Below, one piece after another: positions 57,277-64,000 of a stretch of DNA of 64,000 nucleotides. This DNA comes from a virus. The translations under genes were made by a program, and so were the position numbers. Within the stretch, counting starts at the first letter, position 1. Each line of letters starts with the position of its first letter. Location: the IMG/VR virus record IMGVR_UViG_3300025647_000019, positions 1-64,000 of that record. The stretch is one strand, 5' to 3'. The notes beneath the pieces are model-generated. The model did not search any database, was not told the origin of the DNA, and was given only the letters and a program-made list of their open reading frames with translations.

Positions 57277-59745
57277 ATGGCAAACACAACATATAAAATT
57301 TCTAGAATATGTTCTTCGTTTAATTATGGGAGATGGAATATCCATAAATTTGGCTATACTCCTAAAGGGGAATTTGTAAAAGTAAAGTCCGATTTTACTG
57401 ATTATTTTTATTTTAATTCCGAAGAAGTTTCAAATTTAATTCCCTTTAATAAATTAGATCAAAATGACTATGGGGATTATATGTCGGTTTATGGAAAACC
57501 GACTCGTAAAATTGAATACAGATCAATAAAAGAAAAAAATCAAGTTGTATCTCAATATCCTGAATCAGTATATGAAGCAGATGTTCCCCCCGAGTTTAAA
57601 TACCTTATGGAAATAAAACATGAATGGGCAGATTCATCTGAAAGACATATTCTATATTTTGATATTGAAACATGGGCAAAAGATATAAGTTCTACTCCAG
57701 AAAGACCTGATGCTCCCATCACTTCTATTCAGCTTTACTCTACTAGGTTTCAGAGATACTTTTTGTTTGCTTGGCATCCGGAAAAGACTTCGGATTTCTC
57801 AGTTCCTAAAATTCTCCAGAATGAAGAAGTAACTTATATCTTTAGTAAAGACGAACGTGGAGTAATTGAATCCTTTATTGCTTTTTTTGAAGAATATTCC
57901 CCAGATATTATATCTGGATGGTGGTCTGCTGGATTTGACTTACCATATATTCTTAATCGATGTTCCAGATTAAACATTGACTATAATCGTTTATCTCCAA
58001 TAGGAAAAGTAAATCACTATCAAAAAAAGGGAAACTGGAAAACCTATATCAGTGGTGTTGATCACATTGATATGCTTGAAGCAATAAAAGACATTGGATA
58101 TAATCTTCCAAATTATAAACTTGCCACTGCTGCAAAAGAAATCCTTCAAGATCCTGATATTGAAAAGCTTACTGAAGTTACTTGGGCAGATTGGATGGAC
58201 AATTTTGGGGGCTTTATAAAATACGGTCTTAGGGATGTCGAGATCCTTAAAGAAATAGATGAAGAACTAAAGATTTTTGACCTGTACTGCACGATTCAGA
58301 AACTTACAAACATTACTACGCTCGGTGAAGTTATGTTTAAATCGTCCGTTGTAGATAAGTTTATTTTGACTGAAAGCCACGGAGAATATGTTTTCCCAAC
58401 TCGTTCAACTTCATCTAGACAGAAATATATGGGTGCACATGTGATGGATCCTAAACCGGGTCTTCACAAGGATGTAGCTATTTTTGACTTTGCTTCGCTT
58501 TATCCAACATCCATTATGACGTTTAATATCTCTCCCGAGACTTTCATTTGCTCAGATAAGCAACTTGAAAGAAGAGGATTAACAATAGATGATGTTATCG
58601 AGAATTTAAACAAAAGAAACATTCCATTTATCGATACAGGATATGATACAGAACTATTTGGAAATAGATACTTGTTTTATTCTCACAGTCATAGATTGGG
58701 GATTTTTCCCAAGATCCTTAAAAAGATGTATGAAGAAAGAAAAGCAATCAAATCCGAAATGAGAAATGAATCTGATGAACATAAATTGAATACTTTAGAT
58801 AAGCATCAGCAAGCAATTAAATTGATTCTTAATTCTGCTTATGGTGCTTTAGGATTTAATTATTTTAGATTATATAAACCTGAATGTGCTGATTCTATTA
58901 CTTACTTTGCTAGACAAGCATTATATTTTGCCCAGGAAAGTTTGCAAAAAGAAGGAATGGAAGTTATATACCAAGATACAGACTCTGAATTTGCTCTTCA
59001 AAATGGGAAAACTGCTACCGAAATTAATATGTGGGTTGACCGATTCAATGGAAGTGAAGTTATTGAATTTGCTCAGCAATATAATAATGGGGAAATAGAA
59101 TCTTTTGAAGATTATCTTACTCTTGAAATGGAATATGAAAAAGATCTAGAAAGAATTTATTTCGGTTATGATGATAAATTAAAAATTGGTGTTAAGAAAA
59201 GATATTATGGGATTATTCGTAATTCCCGAAAGAAGTATATTCGGGGATTGAATATCATTCGAAAAGATACTCCAGAATTCCTAAAAAAGAAATTAGATGT
59301 TCTTTCTGAATTGGCAGTCAATGATGCTCTTCAGATAAAACATCTTGAAACAATCAAAAAATTGATAAAGCTTCAGGATCTAAAAAATATCGGAATAACT
59401 AAAGCATTTGGAAAAAGATTCGATGCTTATGATAAAACTCAGCCACAACATTTAGTTGCTGCTAAATGGGCAAATGAAATTTTAGGTTGCAATATAAACC
59501 ATACACATAATCCATATTTGTTTTATGTTATTTCAAAATGTGAAGATCATCTTCCCAAAGGAAAAAGAAATAAAGCAATTTGCTTACTTGAGGAGGATCT
59601 AGAAAAGGCAAAAACAAATCCGGATCTTTTCGAAATCGATTATGACATATATTTCAGAAAACAAGTATTAGATCAACTTGAGGAGTTTGATCTTATTCCC
59701 TCTGTTAAAAATGTTATTGCAGAATATAAGGAGAAAATGAAATGA
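57277..59745 (+). CDS. Family B DNA polymerase
   Basis: FDIET; FDLPY; DFASLYPTS; K.ILNS.YG; YQDTDS; KKRY. Confidence 0.92.
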   Translation: MANTTYKISRICSSFNYGRWNIHKFGYTPKGEFVKVKSDFTDYFYFNSEEVSNLIPFNKLDQNDYGDYMSVYGKPTRKIEYRSIKEKNQVVSQYPESVYEADVPPEFKYLMEIKHEWADSSERHILYFDIETWAKDISSTPERPDAPITSIQLYSTRFQRYFLFAWHPEKTSDFSVPKILQNEEVTYIFSKDERGVIESFIAFFEEYSPDIISGWWSAGFDLPYILNRCSRLNIDYNRLSPIGKVNHYQKKGNWKTYISGVDHIDMLEAIKDIGYNLPNYKLATAAKEILQDPDIEKLTEVTWADWMDNFGGFIKYGLRDVEILKEIDEELKIFDLYCTIQKLTNITTLGEVMFKSSVVDKFILTESHGEYVFPTRSTSSRQKYMGAHVMDPKPGLHKDVAIFDFASLYPTSIMTFNISPETFICSDKQLERRGLTIDDVIENLNKRNIPFIDTGYDTELFGNRYLFYSHSHRLGIFPKILKKMYEERKAIKSEMRNESDEHKLNTLDKHQQAIKLILNSAYGALGFNYFRLYKPECADSITYFARQALYFAQESLQKEGMEVIYQDTDSEFALQNGKTATEINMWVDRFNGSEVIEFAQQYNNGEIESFEDYLTLEMEYEKDLERIYFGYDDKLKIGVKKRYYGIIRNSRKKYIRGLNIIRKDTPEFLKKKLDVLSELAVNDALQIKHLETIKKLIKLQDLKNIGITKAFGKRFDAYDKTQPQHLVAAKWANEILGCNINHTHNPYLFYVISKCEDHLPKGKRNKAICLLEEDLEKAKTNPDLFEIDYDIYFRKQVLDQLEEFDLIPSVKNVIAEYKEKMK

Positions 59746-60065
59746 GAACACGTTGGGATGAATTAAGAAGAATGGCTGGAGGAATTAATATTCCAGGTCC
59801 AGAAAGAATGGGTAAAACCTTTGTTGAACTTTTTTGTCATTGTGATTTTGAACCTTTTGGTCGTGCCTCTGAAATGTGGGAATATGTTTGGACATTACAT
59901 TTTCCAGAAGCACCAAGAATGTGGAAATCAACAAAAGGTTGGGTTCAATCTCACACTCATCCATATGGAATGCAATTCAGGGGAAGATCAGTTGAAGATG
60001 TTATGAAACAAGCAGAAGATTTTTTTGGTGAATTGGAGAAACAAAATGACAGACCCAAGAAGTAA
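59742..60065 (+). CDS. Hypothetical protein
   Basis: AAGGAG RBS, ATGA overlap. Confidence 0.55.
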   Translation: MRTRWDELRRMAGGINIPGPERMGKTFVELFCHCDFEPFGRASEMWEYVWTLHFPEAPRMWKSTKGWVQSHTHPYGMQFRGRSVEDVMKQAEDFFGELEKQNDRPKK

Positions 60066-60594
60066 AGTTATGTGTGAATATTGTATGGACACACAAGTAT
60101 ATACTGCAAACCCAATGGACCCACCCCATTCGTGTCCATATTGTACACCAGCAGAAAATAGAGCAATAAGTTGGGATAGTATATGGATGGATCTTGCAAA
60201 GTCCATTGCTTTAAGATCAACATGTAAAACTCCAAATAGACAAGTTGGGTGTGTTATTGTATCATCTGATAATTCAAGAGTATTAGCTCTTGGATATAAC
60301 GGTTCAGCAAAGGGTGACGATAATTCTTGTGAATATGGAACTGGTCAAGCATTTAATAGTCGATGTACATGTATTCACGCTGAAATGAATGCTCTGACTA
60401 AACTTGACACAACGAATCCATGTGATAAGAAAATGTATTTAACATTGTCCCCGTGTGATGTATGTTGGAAATTGATTGTTAATGCTGGTATTAAGGAATT
60501 AATTTTCGATGAAAAATATGGAACAACTGGTGAAAATTTAAAGTATCTAACACATTTAGGAATTTTGGTGAGGAAATTTAATGGAGATTATTGA
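60046..60594 (+). CDS. dCMP deaminase with N-terminal zinc knuckle
   Basis: A.RSTC; VG.VI; GYNG; HAEMNA; PCDVC. Confidence 0.88.
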   Translation: MTDPRSKVMCEYCMDTQVYTANPMDPPHSCPYCTPAENRAISWDSIWMDLAKSIALRSTCKTPNRQVGCVIVSSDNSRVLALGYNGSAKGDDNSCEYGTGQAFNSRCTCIHAEMNALTKLDTTNPCDKKMYLTLSPCDVCWKLIVNAGIKELIFDEKYGTTGENLKYLTHLGILVRKFNGDY

Positions 60595-60790
60595 TATTAA
60601 AGAAAACAGATACCAAGTAATCCGAAAATATATAAATCCGGATAAAGAATTTATAGAGAAATTAAGTAAATTCTATAGAGAACAATATTCAGATTATGAA
60701 CTAATTAAAACAAGAAATAAAAATGAGTATCTTATGTGTCGATTGATACATAATTTGACTTTTGTAGAAGAGAATAATATTTATATATAA
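60581..60790 (+). CDS. Hypothetical protein
   Basis: GAGG RBS. Confidence 0.5.
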   Translation: MEIIDIKENRYQVIRKYINPDKEFIEKLSKFYREQYSDYELIKTRNKNEYLMCRLIHNLTFVEENNIYI

Positions 60791-60807
60791 GAAGGTTGAG
60801 AGGTTAA

Positions 60808-60990
60808 ATGAAAGTCACAAAAGACACATTAAGAGAATTAATAAAACAAGTAATAGACGAAATGTCTGATGATGAAATTATTACTTCAGAAATAGTTTCT
60901 AATACGACAGCAAACGTAGCTGGATATGATGGTCCTTTACAAAAAAAACCTGTAAAAAGGAAATTGAGTAAGAAAAAAGATAAGGATTAA
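60808..60990 (+). CDS. Small protein with divergent head-targeting-like leader
   Basis: MKVTKDTLRELIKQVIDEM; ATATTTAT at 60777. Confidence 0.5.
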   Translation: MKVTKDTLRELIKQVIDEMSDDEIITSEIVSNTTANVAGYDGPLQKKPVKRKLSKKKDKD

Positions 60991-60992
60991 TA

Positions 60993-61196
60993 ATGGAGTT
61001 TGCTGATCTGCTAATAGCAATATTTAAACAATATGGCGCCCCTGGACTTGCTATTGTTGGTGGGTTATATTATATAAAGGCTCTAGATTCAAAAATAGAT
61101 AGGTTAACAAATTTAACCTATAAAACTTTTGGTGTTATGCTTTCATTAGTTGATGACAAATTTAGAAGAGACTTAATTGATAAGGGAGATGATTAG
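60993..61196 (+). CDS. Putative holin-like membrane protein (YvrJ/BhlA-like)
   Basis: Single N-terminal TM (YGAPGLAIVGGLYYI) then coiled segment; upstream of endolysin. Confidence 0.5.
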   Translation: MEFADLLIAIFKQYGAPGLAIVGGLYYIKALDSKIDRLTNLTYKTFGVMLSLVDDKFRRDLIDKGDD

Positions 61197-61199
61197 GCA

Positions 61200-61808
61200 A
61201 TGTTATTATTAGATGTTGTTTTTATCGGGTCTATAGTTATTATTCTATTTATATTATTTAAAAAATTAAAGAAACAAAATAAAATATTAACACAAATAGA
61301 AAATCAATATGAAGGGACTCTTCTTTCGTTTGTCAATGACAATAATTTAGCGGAAGTCGATATTGATTTTTTAAATCCTGGAGATCTAAAAAAAAAATCA
61401 AGGGGAAATGAAGTAATAAGATTTGTTGGTGTTGACATTAATAAAGGATATGACTTTATTGAGGCTAAACACGAAAAGGGTTATATATTTGGACCCCACG
61501 TTCATCATAACTCAAGTGAATTTTTTTATGTAGTATCTGGGAAGATAAAAATCACCGAATGTAGTAGGGCTATAAAACAATGTGAAAAATGTAAAGGTGA
61601 TTGTGGATTATACGGGGGGAATGATAATGGATTTATTGATACCTTTATTTTAAATTCAGGGGACCATTACTTTTTAACTGCTGAAACTTATCATACATTT
61701 GAGGCATTGGAGGATTCATTTGTGATTGTTGTTACAATGCCGCCAATTGGAAAATTATATTTAGATCAATATAACATATACAATAAAGACGCTGTTCATA
61801 AGGGATAA
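61200..61808 (+). CDS. Membrane-anchored cupin-domain protein
   Basis: N-terminal TM; PHVH...EFFYVVSG and GD.......YHTF cupin motifs. Confidence 0.65.
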   Translation: MLLLDVVFIGSIVIILFILFKKLKKQNKILTQIENQYEGTLLSFVNDNNLAEVDIDFLNPGDLKKKSRGNEVIRFVGVDINKGYDFIEAKHEKGYIFGPHVHHNSSEFFYVVSGKIKITECSRAIKQCEKCKGDCGLYGGNDNGFIDTFILNSGDHYFLTAETYHTFEALEDSFVIVVTMPPIGKLYLDQYNIYNKDAVHKG

Positions 61809-61828
61809 TGCTGTTCATAAGGAATAAT
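61791..61828 (+). repeat. 19 bp tandem duplication (one mismatch)
   Basis: gctgttcataagggataat followed by gctgttcataaggaataat. Confidence 0.85.
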
Positions 61829-61833
61829 AAGTT

Positions 61834-62424
61834 ATGAATATTTGGGTATTTTTTGAAATATTTAATAGATTAAATAAAAGGCTTAGAAAACTTATGTCAA
61901 AAAACGAGATTGAAATACAAACATTAAAATTGGAAAGGAATCCAAGAAACCCCAATTGGGGTCAAAGAGATATTTCTTTGATAAATAAAATAATAGTTCA
62001 TCAAGAACTTGGAGAAGGAACAACTGAGCAAGTTCACGCATATCATATAAGTAAAGAATCACATTTAAAACCAGGTGTTGGAGCTCCGGCCATAGCATAC
62101 CATTTTACAATTGAAAAAGATGGAACTATATATAAAGTAAATGATCTTACAGATGTCACTTGGCATTGTGCAGGAGAAAATCTTCAAAGCATTGGAATAA
62201 TGGCTGTGGGAGATTTTGCATGTAAAGATAATATTAATGGAAAGGCCCCAACACAAGAGCAATTGAAATCTTTAAGATTATTGTTAAATTATTTAACCGA
62301 TAAATATATGATTCTTAAAGCTAATGTTTATGGGCATAAAGACTTTGGGAAAGAATCTTGCCCGGGATTTGTTTTATATGATTTTGTTCAAGATTATAAA
62401 AAAGAAAGCTTTAATGTAGTATGA
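61834..62424 (+). CDS. Endolysin, N-acetylmuramoyl-L-alanine amidase (Amidase_2); alternative start 61894
   Basis: IIVH; IAYHF.I..DG; WHC.G.N..SIGI; GH.D....CPG. Confidence 0.85.
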   Translation: MNIWVFFEIFNRLNKRLRKLMSKNEIEIQTLKLERNPRNPNWGQRDISLINKIIVHQELGEGTTEQVHAYHISKESHLKPGVGAPAIAYHFTIEKDGTIYKVNDLTDVTWHCAGENLQSIGIMAVGDFACKDNINGKAPTQEQLKSLRLLLNYLTDKYMILKANVYGHKDFGKESCPGFVLYDFVQDYKKESFNVV

Positions 62425-64000
62425 AAGTAAAATACCATAAATTTACAGGTAGTATGCCTATTATTTTTGTAGAGAGATTTTCAGATTTTGCTACAAAAAT
62501 AGGATGTCGTCGGGAAGAATTAGAAGAAGGAACTGAATTTGATGGTGGAAAATATTTTAGAACTATTGGATTTAAAGGATCTCCACTAAAATTTGCTGTA
62601 TTTGAAGACTCAATGATGAGAACTCTTTTTGGTACTAGACGAAATGATATAGTTGATGCTACCTTGGCAATGTATGTTTCCGAAAAGAAATATCCATTAA
62701 ACAGTAAATTATCAATGAATAATGCAATTAAAATGACTTTAGAAAATGATGCTCAAGGAGCATATAGAATTTTACAAAAAGTTTATTTGAATAAATTTAA
62801 GGTTGAGAATCCATATCACAAAATAGCTATTCAAGAAGGATTTATCAATGAAGTTCCAGATAAACATTTGAATGAACCCGGTGATGCTGAAAAATATAAA
62901 GATTCCCATACTCATGTTTCAGGGGGGGAAGGAAATCTTTATATGGTTGGAAAAATGCCACAAGAAAAGGCACAAGAAAAAGCAAAGAAACAAGGTGCCG
63001 ATGCTAAACTTGTCAAAGGAAAAATGGTTCCATTATCACCCGAGGAAAAAAAACCATTAGATGGTGATAAACAAAAACCCCAACAAGAACCAAAAGAGCC
63101 TAAAAAAAGAGAAGTTAAAATTGTCAAGACAGATACCGGAGAAGAAATCTCTCCTGAAGAATTACCGACTGATACAACGGGAAATGCCGAGCAAGAAAAA
63201 ACTGGGGGAGGTCAAATTACCCCTGACAAAGTATCAGACAAAAACTTTGATAATATGATTTCGGCAATTAAAAAGTCTGGGAATAAATCAAAGGAAATAG
63301 ATGAAGTAATTTCTCTTTTGGAAAAAGCAAAAAAAGGTGAACCAATTTCTACTGCCGAAGCTAAATTTATTGGACAATATATTCGACCAACTGAAAGCCC
63401 AAAAAATGTTTATATGACACATTCTCAAGTACCAGGAAACCCTCTAGAAGATTTTGGAAAAAAGGGTATTAAAAGAAACTATGATAAAATTGGAAACCCG
63501 ACATTAAATAGATTATTAAAACAACTTGGAATCCCTGAAGCAGTCCAAACCCTTACTGGTAGCTCTAAAATGAAACCAGAAAAAATATTCATAGATGAAA
63601 ATGGCGATACTAGAACAACAAAAGTTAAAATGGGGGCAGGATCTAAAGGACTTACTATCAATGGAAGAACTTTAAAAGAAAAGAAAATCCCCGATGGATC
63701 TAAATTTGTTGATTATTATCTTCAGCAAGGACTTTCTCAAGAAGAAGCTAAATCTAAAGCAAAAAATGCTATAAGAGCCTTGAAAAAGTATAATAAAGGG
63801 ATTGAATATTTCAGAAATGTTATTCAATCTGAAGGAACTGATGCTTTATCAACCATAGATATTATTCCAGGGGTTCATCCAACAACATCAGAAAATCGTA
63901 GAAAATTAATTGATAAAGCCATTGATGATACAGTATTAAAAATGGCTCAATTAACTGAAGGACATAATAAAGAAGAAATAATTAAAGGATTAGAAAAATT
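62421..64000 (+). CDS. Large hypothetical protein running off the window end (possible internal virion protein)
   Basis: ATGA overlap with endolysin stop; frame open as far as read (MKVKYHKF...); INE/LNE sites and K/E/P-rich linker. Confidence 0.6.
   Translation, partial: MKVKYHKFTGSMPIIFVERFSDFATKIGCRREELEEGTEFDGGKYFRTIGFKGSPLKFAVFEDSMMRTLFGTRRNDIVDATLAMYVSEKKYPLNSKLSMNNAIKMTLENDAQGAYRILQKVYLNKFKVENPYHKIAIQEGFINEVPDKHLNEPGDAEKYKDSHTHVSGGEGNLYMVGKMPQEKAQEKAKKQGADAKLVKGKMVPLSPEEKKPLDGDKQKPQQEPKEPKKREVKIVKTDTGEEISPEELPTDTTGNAEQEKTGGGQITPDKVSDKNFDNMISAIKKSGNKSKEIDEVISLLEKAKKGEPISTAEAKFIGQYIRPTESPKNVYMTHSQVPGNPLEDFGKKGIKRNYDKIGNPTLNRLLKQLGIPEAVQTLTGSSKMKPEKIFIDENGDTRTTKVKMGAGSKGLTINGRTLKEKKIPDGSKFVDYYLQQGLSQEEAKSKAKNAIRALKKYNKGIEYFRNVIQSEGTDALSTIDIIPGVHPTTSENRRKLIDKAIDDTVLKMAQLTEGHNKEEIIKGLEK

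Noticed and set aside
1-64000. CRISPR array, tRNA, rRNA, intron/intein or IS element
   Set aside because: No regularly spaced repeats, cloverleafs, splicing motifs or transposases seen; terminase, RNR, helicase and PolB look uninterrupted. tRNAscan and Infernal were not run.
1-64000. Stop-codon reassignment
   Set aside because: Core genes are full length in the standard code, and TAA, TAG and TGA all end genes at sensible positions.

Overview
A 64 kb segment of a large, AT-rich dsDNA myovirus with a T4-like (gp23/gp20/gp21/gp18/gp19-type) morphogenesis module, almost all on the + strand and in the standard genetic code. Layout: (1-9.7 kb) a repeated adaptor plus beta-helix receptor-binding-protein array; (10.2 kb) hsp20; (10.9-21.2 kb) an early/accessory region of small ORFs driven by repeated sigma70-like TTTAC(T/A)-17-TATAAT promoters, with an exported glycosidase/FN3 cluster, an AAA ATPase, DUF3310 and DUF932; (21.3-44.1 kb) terminase, portal, prohead protease, scaffold, capsid, neck, sheath, tube (the only convincing minus-strand gene), tape measure and baseplate genes, interspersed with small genes sharing an MKKSELKELIKEC leader; (44.1-60.6 kb) replication and nucleotide genes (short family A polymerase, SSB, RecA, 5'-3' exonuclease, a porin-like gene, DnaB-like helicase, class II RNR, dNMP kinase, dUTPase, family B polymerase, dCMP deaminase); (61-62.4 kb) a lysis cassette; and a large ORF running off the end. 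The main candidate novelties are a split tail-fibre motif suggesting daisy-chained RBP adaptors, a family of capsid-targeting leaders carrying shuffled cargo domains, a 5'/3' UTR panhandle around hsp20, a +1 frameshift in the gp26/gp51-like pair, an unannotated RiPP-precursor-like peptide, co-existing PolA-like and PolB genes, and a phage-encoded beta-barrel. All calls rest on motif recognition by eye; no searches were run.
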